Shown here: positions 1 through 6,742 of the stretch, one piece after another
Layout: the number at the start of each line of letters is the position of its first letter
How positions within the stretch are numbered: position 1 is the first letter of the stretch
DNA from: a virus
Taxonomy: Duplodnaviria > Caudoviricetes
IMG/VR virus record: IMGVR_UViG_3300048576_000054
Location: 1 to 30,743 of that record
Length of the DNA stretch: 30,743 nucleotides
Reading direction: 5' to 3' (one strand)
Translations under genes and position numbers: made by a program
Notes under the pieces: generated by a model
Databases searched by the model: none
The model's input: the letters and a program-made list of their open reading frames with translations, nothing else
What the model was told of the DNA's origin: nothing

Positions 1-4
1 CTTT

Positions 5-277
5 TCATGCCGCCCTCCTGTAGATCTCGCGCTCGATCAGCGCTTCGGCGCGGTCGTCTTCCGCTTGCTGGTCCAGGGTCCGTAAGCAAAGCGATTCGAG
101 CTCGTCGCGGTCTTCGCCGGAGAGCTTCACGTCGTCGCCGTCCTCATCCTCGGCGCGGATGATTTCGAACTCGGGCCGCTCGGGCGGCTCATTGAAACTG
201 CCGCGATACCCGGCAGTCGCGCAGCCAGTGACCTCCAGCGCGCGGCCATACCAATCCACACAGACGGTTACCCGCAT
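5..277 (-). CDS. Acidic hypothetical phage early protein (90 aa)
   Basis: ATG at 277 preceded by a GGAGG RBS on the minus strand; MRVTVCVDWYG...IYRRAA. The longer 153-aa track start runs through a hairpin-rich, probably non-coding region. Confidence 0.7.
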   Translation of the reverse strand: MRVTVCVDWYGRALEVTGCATAGYRGSFNEPPERPEFEIIRAEDEDGDDVKLSGEDRDELESLCLRTLDQQAEDDRAEALIEREIYRRAA

Positions 278-485
278 GTGAGCCTCCGGTTTTGTTGGGT
301 GCGAGTCGCGCTCTATGCGGGGCGCGATCGCGGAGATTCCCGCCGCATCGGGTGTTTCTGCGCTGATCGGATTGGCCGGAAATGTGAGCAGCTTTCGCCG
401 CCGACGAGGCAAGCTTTGACGCCCCTGGAAGGCGCATCCGATCCGATCACGGTGCCGCGCCGGCATCGCTGGATCCCCCGTCTAT

Positions 486-695
486 CTATTCGGCGGGCCG
501 GTACCGCTTGCAGTACCCGGTTATTTCGTTGCGAAACATCGGCATGAAGCCAATCGTTTCCGTTGTGCGATTGATTGCTGCGTGCGCCCGGCACTCGCCG
601 CGCTGCTCGCACTTGTAGCCAGCGAGCGTCTCGCCCGCGCAGGCGATCTTGATGTCCGGCCGCGCGAGGCTCTTGACTTCGGAAAGGTTGCTCAT
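486..695 (-). CDS. Small Cys-rich hypothetical early protein (69 aa)
   Basis: ATG with upstream GGGGGA RBS; four Cys; same orientation as the PL operon. Confidence 0.65.
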   Translation of the reverse strand: MSNLSEVKSLARPDIKIACAGETLAGYKCEQRGECRAHAAINRTTETIGFMPMFRNEITGYCKRYRPAE

Positions 696-704
696 TGCGT
701 CCCC

Positions 705-890
705 CTAGAATGGTCTGCGCACTCTTGAATGCGCAGGCTCTTCGGGGCCGTCTCTCCGGCTGTCGCGGATCTTTCGACCACCGCTGCGGCCCGTATCGAT
801 ATCGGGCGTCGTACTTCTTGCATCGATCCTTGTGTCGGTCTTCTGCGCTTGCTGCCTGGTGCAGTAGGGTGGGGTCCAGCTCGCGGCCAT
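705..890 (-). CDS. Possible small Arg-rich protein at the lambda N position (weak)
   Basis: First ATG ORF downstream of PL/boxA with a G-rich upstream sequence; no recognisable N arginine-rich motif, so it may be non-coding. Confidence 0.25.
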   Translation of the reverse strand: MAASWTPPYCTRQQAQKTDTRIDARSTTPDIDTGRSGGRKIRDSRRDGPEEPAHSRVRRPF

Positions 891-1020
891 GTTCCGCCCC
901 CGCATTCCGATCAGTCCGGTCGATTGGTTGCTGCCGGCGTTGTCATCGGAGCCCCGGCAAGGACTCCCAGCGCGTTCGTGTCTTACCCGGCAATCCGGGA
1001 TGCGCTGCGTATCCGTCTGG

Positions 1021-1033
1021 TTGTGAAAGAGCG
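1021..1033 (-). promoter_or_regulatory. boxA antitermination element (nutL-like)
   Basis: Minus strand CGCTCTTTCACAA, one mismatch to the boxA consensus CGCTCTTTAACAA, about 10 nt downstream of the predicted PL start. Confidence 0.7.
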
Positions 1034-1049
1034 TCGTTCTGTGATTCAC

Positions 1050-1078
1050 AAGATACACGCACCGTGATTCGTGCGCAA
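1050..1078 (-). promoter_or_regulatory. PL early leftward sigma70 promoter
   Basis: Minus strand TTGCGC-N17-TATCTT; the spacer and downstream sequence resemble PR (GAATCAC..GTGTAT..TTGTGAA). Confidence 0.75.
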
Positions 1079-1103
1079 GTAAAAACTCACAGATTGTGAG
1101 TTT
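1055..1103. promoter_or_regulatory. OL operator sites (TCACA-N3-TGTGA-like)
   Basis: Perfect inverted repeat AAACTCACA-gat-TGTGAGTTT at 1083-1103 and a degenerate copy ACACG-cac-CGTGA at 1055-1067 in the PL spacer; a matching site TCACT-gtc-TGTGT lies in the PR spacer (3074-3086). Confidence 0.6.
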
Positions 1104-1112
1104 AAAGTGCAC

Positions 1113-1136
1113 AAAAAAGCCCGCACGCGGCGGGCT
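1113..1136 (-). terminator. Rho-independent terminator ending the cI/accessory transcript
   Basis: AGCCCGC-N5-GCGGGCT hairpin followed by a T-run on the minus strand, between the accessory genes and PL. Confidence 0.8.
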
Positions 1137-1166
1137 AGTGGTTGGTTGGTTCTGGGGCGGGTGGGG

Positions 1167-1484
1167 TTATCCGTACTTTTTGTGGAAGTTGGCGTCAGAC
1201 GTGAACAGCATGGAAATCGCTTCTATGAAACCAAGAATCATTGGTACGCCAGTCCAGCAGAACAGGAGATAGGTTGCCCCGGCGCCAGGGCTCCCAAGGT
1301 AGAACTTGTGCATCCCCAGGCCGCCGAGAAACAGGGCCAAAAGAATGGCGGCGGACCTGCTTTTGATGGGGCGGACAGCGACTTCGCCCTGCGCTCGGTG
1401 GCTGGATGGCGCGCCGCACCCTGGACAGGATGGCGCCTTGTCGCTGATCTGCTTGCCGCACTCTGAGCAGTAGATGAGGCTCAC
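1167..1484 (-). CDS. Zinc-ribbon plus TM2-domain membrane protein
   Basis: N-terminal CxxC...CPxCG; TM2 signature KSRSAAILLALFLGGLGMHKFYLG with two hydrophobic helices; GTG start. Confidence 0.85.
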   Translation of the reverse strand: MSLIYCSECGKQISDKAPSCPGCGAPSSHRAQGEVAVRPIKSRSAAILLALFLGGLGMHKFYLGSPGAGATYLLFCWTGVPMILGFIEAISMLFTSDANFHKKYG

Positions 1485-1509
1485 AAAAATACCCTTTCCT
1501 GAGTTGTGG

Positions 1510-2202
1510 TTACTTTGTAAATTCTAGCCCTGCCGTCTGGAACGTGAAGACGTGCGAGCCCTGCTGGTAGAACGACGACTCGACTTGCATGCGTTTCGAC
1601 TTCTTGATCCGGGAGAGCAGGGACGCTTCCCCGTTGAGGAAGACCATCTCTGTGCTGTTGTCGGAGGGCTCAGAGGCGTGAACACTGAAAGGCTTCCCGC
1701 CGTCGAACCTGACTTTCAGGTTGCATCCTTCGATGCCGCAACCAAACTGGCCGCGTTCGATGCTCAGCATGATGCTTAGCCCGTTTTTCCCGCCACGGCG
1801 GACGGTGAGCGTGGCGTGCTGCGCCCCTTGGTACGGGAAGTCAAAATTCACTGTCTCGTCTGAGGCGATGGACGCGTAGTGAATCTTTCCCCGGCCCATC
1901 TTGTCTTCTTCTTCGCTGTACTCCCAGGTCTGGCGCTGACCCCCGCCACTTTCGACGTGCTGGTCGGCGAGCTTCTGGGCCTTCGCCTGATCATCCTTGG
2001 ATAGCGCAGGCTGAGGCAGCGCCGATCCACTCTTCCCGCTTTCAGTCGCCAACCCCAAAAACGTGAGGAAGAGGAAGAAGCCGAAAACGGACAGAACCAC
2101 CTTCGTGAGCAGCGACATCTTGAGCTTGGCGCCGCAATGCGGGCAGGCCTTCGCTTTGTCGCTGATGTCGTTCTTGCACTCCTTGCACTTCACTATCGCC
2201 AC
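1510..2202 (-). CDS. Zinc-ribbon, single-TM protein with a predicted periplasmic beta-rich domain
   Basis: CKEC...CPHCG, TM helix VVLSVFGFFLFLTFLGL, then a C-terminal domain (W.Y.EEEDKM...VNFDFPYQG...VRFDGG); GTG start with GGGG RBS. Confidence 0.85.
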   Translation of the reverse strand: MAIVKCKECKNDISDKAKACPHCGAKLKMSLLTKVVLSVFGFFLFLTFLGLATESGKSGSALPQPALSKDDQAKAQKLADQHVESGGGQRQTWEYSEEEDKMGRGKIHYASIASDETVNFDFPYQGAQHATLTVRRGGKNGLSIMLSIERGQFGCGIEGCNLKVRFDGGKPFSVHASEPSDNSTEMVFLNGEASLLSRIKKSKRMQVESSFYQQGSHVFTFQTAGLEFTK

Positions 2203-2220
2203 ATCTGCCCCCTGTTTTTG

Positions 2221-3006
2221 CTAGTCATCCATGTCTGCTGCGATTGAAACCGGGCGACCGATGATGCGAAGAGCGTCGCCGTGCTCAGGGCCGACGACCC
2301 AGTCCGGGTAGATGGCCTTGTCCGGGTTGTCGCTGCGGACGAGGATGGAGCCGTCCGGCTGCCTGAACAACCGTTTGATGAAGAACTCGCCGAGATAGTC
2401 GATCGCGTGGCGCTTGCCTGTCCTGAGCGCCGTTGATTTCGTGTCCAGCGTGACGCTTGCCCCGTTCGGGACGCCTGGCGTCATTGAATCGCCGTCGATA
2501 ACGACGGTGACAAGGTCCTCAGGGCGTAGATGCTTCTTCCTGCACCACGACTTCCTGAACCGGTTGGGCGTGCCCTTTTCGTCGATCTCCCACTGCAAGC
2601 GACCGCTCCCGGCAGATAGTTTGAGCGTGAGCCGCGGAACTTCGATTTCGTCGTCAGAAAGAGGGGTGTCGTCATCGACAGCCACGATCGGGCGGGGCGG
2701 CGTAACAATGTTACCAGACCTAGCAGGAGATCCGCGCCCGGATTCAAGCCGCCCAACATCAACATCGAGAGCGGATGCGACCGAAATCGGCCCGGCCCCC
2801 TCGGAAATCCATTCCGGAGCGCACCCGACCTTTCTGGCTAGAGCCAGAACCTTCCCAGGCGGAACCCCGCGCTTCCCCCAGTTCGAGACGGTGTTGGGCG
2901 CCTCGTTGATTGCGCGGGAAAGGTCCGCCCAGTTGCCAACGTTTTTCAGGTTTGCCTGGGCGGCTGAAAGCAGTCGCAAGAGCGTTGGGTGTGTTGTTTG
3001 TTCCAT
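2221..3006 (-). CDS. cI: CI-like repressor (HTH plus S24 autopeptidase)
   Basis: N-terminal HTH (ADLSRAINEAPNTVSNWGKRG), Ala-Gly cleavage site (LSAGSG), catalytic Ser (GDSM) and Lys (FIKRL); divergent from cro. Confidence 0.92.
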   Translation of the reverse strand: MEQTTHPTLLRLLSAAQANLKNVGNWADLSRAINEAPNTVSNWGKRGVPPGKVLALARKVGCAPEWISEGAGPISVASALDVDVGRLESGRGSPARSGNIVTPPRPIVAVDDDTPLSDDEIEVPRLTLKLSAGSGRLQWEIDEKGTPNRFRKSWCRKKHLRPEDLVTVVIDGDSMTPGVPNGASVTLDTKSTALRTGKRHAIDYLGEFFIKRLFRQPDGSILVRSDNPDKAIYPDWVVGPEHGDALRIIGRPVSIAADMDD

Positions 3007-3012
3007 ACACAC

Positions 3013-3041
3013 AGCCTATCGAAAACTTACACAAACTTGTT
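3013..3041 (-). promoter_or_regulatory. PRM-like promoter (leaderless cI)
   Basis: Minus strand -10 TAGGCT lies 6 nt before the cI ATG; poor -35 and no Shine-Dalgarno. Confidence 0.45.
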
Positions 3042-3062
3042 TCACAAGGGCGAAGCGTGATC

Positions 3063-3091
3063 TTGTGCGTGAATCACTGTCTGTGTATAGT
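3063..3091 (+). promoter_or_regulatory. PR early rightward promoter with operator in the spacer
   Basis: TTGTGC-N17-TATAGT; the cro ATG is 7 nt downstream. Confidence 0.8.
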
Positions 3092-3098
3092 TGTGAAC

Positions 3099-3284
3099 AT
3101 GACTGACGCACAGACAATCACCCGCCTCGGCGGACCTACGGCTCTCGCAAAACTCCTCGGGTTCAAGACCGCAAGGGTCGGGAACTGGGTTAAGCGAGGG
3201 ATTCCTGCTCGGGTTCTGCTCAACAACCCTGACGTCTTCGGCCTCGCGCCGAAGCGGCGCTCCAGCAAGAAGGAGGCGGCGTGA
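3099..3284 (+). CDS. cro: Cro-like HTH regulator (61 aa)
   Basis: MTDAQTITRLGGPTALAKLLGFKTARVGNWVKRGIP is a typical Cro pattern; divergent from cI. Confidence 0.88.
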   Translation: MTDAQTITRLGGPTALAKLLGFKTARVGNWVKRGIPARVLLNNPDVFGLAPKRRSSKKEAA

Positions 3285-3352
3285 GCGAAGAAAAGAAGAT
3301 GTCCCTGCTCGAAACGGGAATTTGGGGGTTTCTGTGCGGGTCCTTGATGGCC

Positions 3353-3616
3353 CTAGCAGCCCCAGCGGAACGCTACATCCACTGCGTGCGTAATGACGGC
3401 GCCTGCCACCGATGCCACGCAAAAGAAGACCGGCTTCAGCATCAAGAACCGCCAAAGGCCAACCAAAGCTCTGGCGTAGGGCGGCCGGACGTAGGTCGCA
3501 AACCCGGTTCCTTGAACAGCAACAAGCCTTCCGACCCGAAGGTCGTCCCTGACAGCTTCCGCATGGGGAGCACCTTTCGTGAAAACGACTGCGCATCTGG
3601 TCCTCGATTCTGTCAT
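3353..3616 (-). CDS. Small membrane protein encoded antisense between cro and cII (87 aa)
   Basis: AGGAG RBS 8 nt before the ATG; hydrophobic C-terminal segment (LVGLWRFLMLKPVFFCVASVAGAVI). Confidence 0.55.
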   Translation of the reverse strand: MTESRTRCAVVFTKGAPHAEAVRDDLRVGRLVAVQGTGFATYVRPPYARALVGLWRFLMLKPVFFCVASVAGAVITHAVDVAFRWGC

Positions 3617-3636
3617 GGGCTTCGCTCCTGGTGGGC

Positions 3637-3669
3637 GGCAGATCCATCACGATCTGGCCTCTTTTTTTT
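3637..3669 (+). terminator. tR1-like terminator
   Basis: CAGATC-catcac-GATCTG hairpin followed shortly by T8, upstream of the cII-like gene. Confidence 0.5.
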
Positions 3670-3730
3670 GGACCACAGGGGACAGTCAACACAAGTCCAA
3701 CCCCGTCAAACACTCGCAAAGGGTGACGCC

Positions 3731-4096
3731 ATGAATCAGCGTGAAATCCCGATTTTCCAAGCCGCTCCGGCCCCGACGATGGTCCCGGCTGAGCTGGTGC
3801 AGATGTGCCGCTCGAAGCTCGACGCGATCAGGCTGTGCGTCCAGCTCTCGCGCCTGACGCACTCGACGATCCAGGACGAGCTCGGAATCGACAAGGGCCA
3901 CTGGACGCGAATGATGCAGGGCAGGGCGCACTTCCCGACGAACAAGGAAGGCGAGCTGATGCGCCTCTGTGGGAATTTTGCCCCGCTGCAGTTCGAGGCC
4001 GCCGCCAGCGGGTTCGAGCTCCACGCGATCGACGACAAGGCCCAGCGCATTGCCGCACTTGAAGCCCAGCTCGAAGCGGCTAGGAGGGCAGCATGA
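3731..4096 (+). CDS. CII-like HTH transcriptional regulator
   Basis: HTH-like segment (THSTIQDELGIDKGHWTRMMQGRAHFP) and a C-terminal coiled coil; positioned between cro and replication genes; ATG at 3731 with GGGTG upstream. Confidence 0.7.
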   Translation: MNQREIPIFQAAPAPTMVPAELVQMCRSKLDAIRLCVQLSRLTHSTIQDELGIDKGHWTRMMQGRAHFPTNKEGELMRLCGNFAPLQFEAAASGFELHAIDDKAQRIAALEAQLEAARRAA

Positions 4097-4203
4097 CCCT
4101 CTGTGCCCTGACGCGGCCCGATCTGGAGCCGCGCCCCTTCACGCTGATCGTCGTTCTTGTCTCGCCTCACCCGGCCAATGAGCTTTTCCCGGAGGCTGCG
4201 TGA
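4093..4203 (+). CDS. Small hypothetical protein (36 aa)
   Basis: ATGA overlap with the cII-like stop, AGGAGG RBS; below the track cutoff. Confidence 0.45.
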   Translation: MTLCALTRPDLEPRPFTLIVVLVSPHPANELFPEAA

Positions 4204-4328
4204 TGCTTGAAAAAATCCTCATCGCTGGATTCATCGTCTCTCTGATCGTGGTCGTCGGCAAGCGGTGGATAGCCCCGGCTGTGCGCGATCTCGACTTCAT
4301 GCTGCGCCGCGGATGGGGGGATGAATGA
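4203..4328 (+). CDS. Small membrane peptide (41 aa)
   Basis: TGATG coupling, GGAGG RBS; MLEKILIAGFIVSLIVVVGKRW has one TM helix. Confidence 0.55.
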   Translation: MLEKILIAGFIVSLIVVVGKRWIAPAVRDLDFMLRRGWGDE

Positions 4329-4495
4329 TGCTGGTTCCATTACCCAGCTTTGAAGCCCTTCTCGAGCGTTACATCCATCAGCTTGCGATGACGATTTTGA
4401 TCACGGCGCACCCGGATATCCGCGAAATCCTTCAGGAAGCGCACGACAAGCTCTGCGCGCTGCGCAAGCCGGGCCCGAGAGACGAGGCGGTCTGA
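4325..4495 (+). CDS. Small hypothetical protein (56 aa)
   Basis: ATGA coupling, GGGGG RBS; MMLVPLPSFEALLERYIHQL... Confidence 0.5.
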   Translation: MMLVPLPSFEALLERYIHQLAMTILITAHPDIREILQEAHDKLCALRKPGPRDEAV

Positions 4496-4549
4496 TGGCT
4501 CGCCCGTTCAGAGATATCATGAAACCCCAAAAACCAAAGGCAGAAAGCC

Positions 4550-4756
4550 ATGAACGATTGGTCGTGGAGCGGGGAGGATGGGAAGTCCTCGACGGTAGTC
4601 AGGTCCGTGCAAGCGGTTGCTGTTTATACCAACCCGGACGGGGATATTGTCATCAGGCAGCAAGGGGAGTTCGGAGGGGACGACAGCGTGATCATCATTC
4701 CGCCGCAAGTCGCTTTGGCTGTTTCAAAGTCAATCATGACGGAGGCCGGGGAGTAA
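4550..4756 (+). CDS. Hypothetical protein (68 aa)
   Basis: Globular-looking beta-rich sequence (AVAVYTNPDGDIVIRQ) in operon orientation. Confidence 0.6.
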   Translation: MNDWSWSGEDGKSSTVVRSVQAVAVYTNPDGDIVIRQQGEFGGDDSVIIIPPQVALAVSKSIMTEAGE

Positions 4757-4790
4757 TAGAGACCCCCTTCGCGCAATGCGAGGGGGGGGT

Positions 4791-5816
4791 ATGACAATCG
4801 CCCCAATGGTGTCGCCGGATTGCGATCTGCGCGACTTCGCATTCATGCCGCTGGACGTGGTGCGACTACGCGACAGCGACATCGCTGCGCTATCGTCGGG
4901 CGACGAATTCCGCTGCGCCGTGCTGCTGTGGTGCGCGAGTTGGCACCAACTCCCCGCCGCGAGCCTTCCTGACGACGACCAGATCCTCTCTCAACTCGCA
5001 GGATTCGGCCGGGTCGTGAAGGAATGGAAGAAGGTCAGAAACGGCGCTCTGCGCGGCTGGGTCGTCTGCGCGGACGGCCGGCTCTACCACCCTGTTGTCG
5101 CCGAGAAAGCCCGTGAGGCATGGCGCGCAAAGCTGGTGCAGCGCTGGAAAACAGAGTGTGCGCGCATCAAGAAGGCCAACCAGCGCAACGGAACAAGCGC
5201 TGCGGCCCCGTCCATCGAAGAGTTCCTCGCGGAACATGAGAAAGCGGGACAACCCAAGCATGCCCCCGAGGACAACGCCGGAATGTCCCTAGGGACAAAC
5301 GGTACATGCCCCCAAGGACAAACCAAGCCAGTCCCCGAGGACAGCCCCATTGTGTCCCCAGACTGTCCCCCGGGAAATGGCATCCAAGGGACAGTGGACA
5401 GGGACAGTGGACAGGTAAACCTTAAAACCAAAACCCCCAAACCCCCTACGCCGGACAAGCCGGCTCGGTTCGACCCGCTTTCGATCGACCTGCCTGACTG
5501 CGTAACCCCCGAAGCCTGGGCGAAGTGGATCGCCTACCGAAGAGCCCGAAAGCTCACCACTGCCGAACCGACCGTGACCGCGCAAGCGGCAAAGCTCGCC
5601 GAGTGGCACGAGGCCGGGCACGACCCGACCGAGATCATCGACACGAGCATCACGAACGGGTGGCAAGGACTTTTCGAACCGAAGGACAGCAGGGGTAACG
5701 AACGCTATGACGACAAGCTGCAACGTACTGCCGATGCACTCACCGGGCGCAACCGGCGCCCAGCAAGCGGAGAAGCTGGACGAACTCTCGACGGAGAAGC
5801 GCGAGCGGTGGATTGA
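4791..5816 (+). CDS. Replication initiator, DUF1376/YdaU family (lambda O analogue)
   Basis: DCDLRDFAFMPLDVVRLRDS...LLWCASWHQLPAASLPDDD N-terminus, internal iterons, C-terminal W..W..YR...SITNGWQGLF motif. Confidence 0.88.
   Translation: MTIAPMVSPDCDLRDFAFMPLDVVRLRDSDIAALSSGDEFRCAVLLWCASWHQLPAASLPDDDQILSQLAGFGRVVKEWKKVRNGALRGWVVCADGRLYHPVVAEKAREAWRAKLVQRWKTECARIKKANQRNGTSAAAPSIEEFLAEHEKAGQPKHAPEDNAGMSLGTNGTCPQGQTKPVPEDSPIVSPDCPPGNGIQGTVDRDSGQVNLKTKTPKPPTPDKPARFDPLSIDLPDCVTPEAWAKWIAYRRARKLTTAEPTVTAQAAKLAEWHEAGHDPTEIIDTSITNGWQGLFEPKDSRGNERYDDKLQRTADALTGRNRRPASGEAGRTLDGEARAVD
5238..5445. repeat. Replication origin iterons inside the initiator gene
   Basis: Quasi-palindromes TG(T/C)CCC-N2-(G/A)GGACA at 5261, 5284, 5307 and 5330, half copies at 5238 and 5353 (23-bp period), then tandem GGGACAGTGGACA and an A/C-rich tract. 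Confidence 0.8.
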
Positions 5817-6252
5817 GCAGCTCTTTGCCCGCCTGCTGGCGATGTACGGCGCCGACTTCTCGAAGCTCTGGGCGTCCGTCGATCCGGAAAGCGTCAAGGC
5901 CGCCTGGGCGGAGGATCTCGGGCCGTTCGCTGGCCAGCAGATCGCCTGGGCGCTGCAGCAGCTCAAAGCCAACCCGAACGGCGCTTTCGATCGGCCTCCG
6001 TCCCTGCCGAAGTTTCGATCGCTCTGCCAGCAGGCGCCGCGCCCCGAAGCGAAGACTCTGCCGGCTCCGCGCGTCGCTCCGGAAGTCGCGAAGACGCGCG
6101 CCGCCCAGCTCGAAGCCGGGGTGTCGAAGATCGTCGGAATGGTCGGGCGCGATCACAAAAAGTGGGCGCGCGACATCCTTGCTGACCCGAAGAGCTTCCC
6201 GGCAATCAGCGTGCGAATGGCGCGCGAAGCGCTTGGACAGGAGGCGGCGTGA
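5707..6252 (+). CDS. Replication protein P-like / helicase loader
   Basis: IEQLFARLLAMYGADF...W...W...L...PPSLPKFRSLC pattern directly after the initiator; start uncertain (5707 or 5734). Confidence 0.65.
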   Translation: MTTSCNVLPMHSPGATGAQQAEKLDELSTEKRERWIEQLFARLLAMYGADFSKLWASVDPESVKAAWAEDLGPFAGQQIAWALQQLKANPNGAFDRPPSLPKFRSLCQQAPRPEAKTLPAPRVAPEVAKTRAAQLEAGVSKIVGMVGRDHKKWARDILADPKSFPAISVRMAREALGQEAA

Positions 6253-6545
6253 TGCGCGTGGGCCGAAAGGAAGAGGTCGATCTCCTTCGCGACAAAGTGT
6301 CGCGTCTCGAACGAAAACTGCAGGTTTCAAATGACAGAAGGGCCCGGCTTGTTGCCGGGTTGGAAAGGATCTCGGCGTGCGTTCGGTTCGACCGCATTCC
6401 CTTTCGCGGGAGGGTGATTAGGCTGGTCGCGGAAGCCGCCGAAGATGCGCTTGCTGACGACAGGGCCGGCTCGCTCGACGAAGCGGGGTTCGTCATCTTG
6501 AAGTCTGGCGTCAAGGTAAAAAGCTCAGATCAGGAGGCCGTGTGA
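6249..6545 (+). CDS. Hypothetical protein with N-terminal coiled coil
   Basis: GTGA coupling and GGAGG RBS. Confidence 0.65.
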   Translation: MMRVGRKEEVDLLRDKVSRLERKLQVSNDRRARLVAGLERISACVRFDRIPFRGRVIRLVAEAAEDALADDRAGSLDEAGFVILKSGVKVKSSDQEAV

Positions 6546-6742
6546 AATGGCAAAAAATCAACCCGTACTGTCTGAAAAGTGGTCCTTGGCGGATCGCGAA
6601 GCACGGCGGCCCGTCGCCGAAGTACCTGCTGACGCACGACGCGAAGCCGGGGATGCTGTGCTGGTTCGAAAGCGCACAAGCGGCGATGGATTTGGCCACC
6701 GCATTGGAATCGACCCCGGATGCTCCGGCGCGATCGTCGTGA
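6542..6742 (+). CDS. Hypothetical protein (66 aa)
   Basis: GTGA coupling, AGGAGG RBS; MKWQKINPYCLKSGPWRIAK; overlaps the RuvC-like frame. Confidence 0.55.
   Translation: MKWQKINPYCLKSGPWRIAKHGGPSPKYLLTHDAKPGMLCWFESAQAAMDLATALESTPDAPARSS

Noticed and set aside
5238-5410. CRISPR-like mini-array
   Set aside because: Degenerate 14-bp units with 9-bp gaps inside the initiator gene fit replication iterons.
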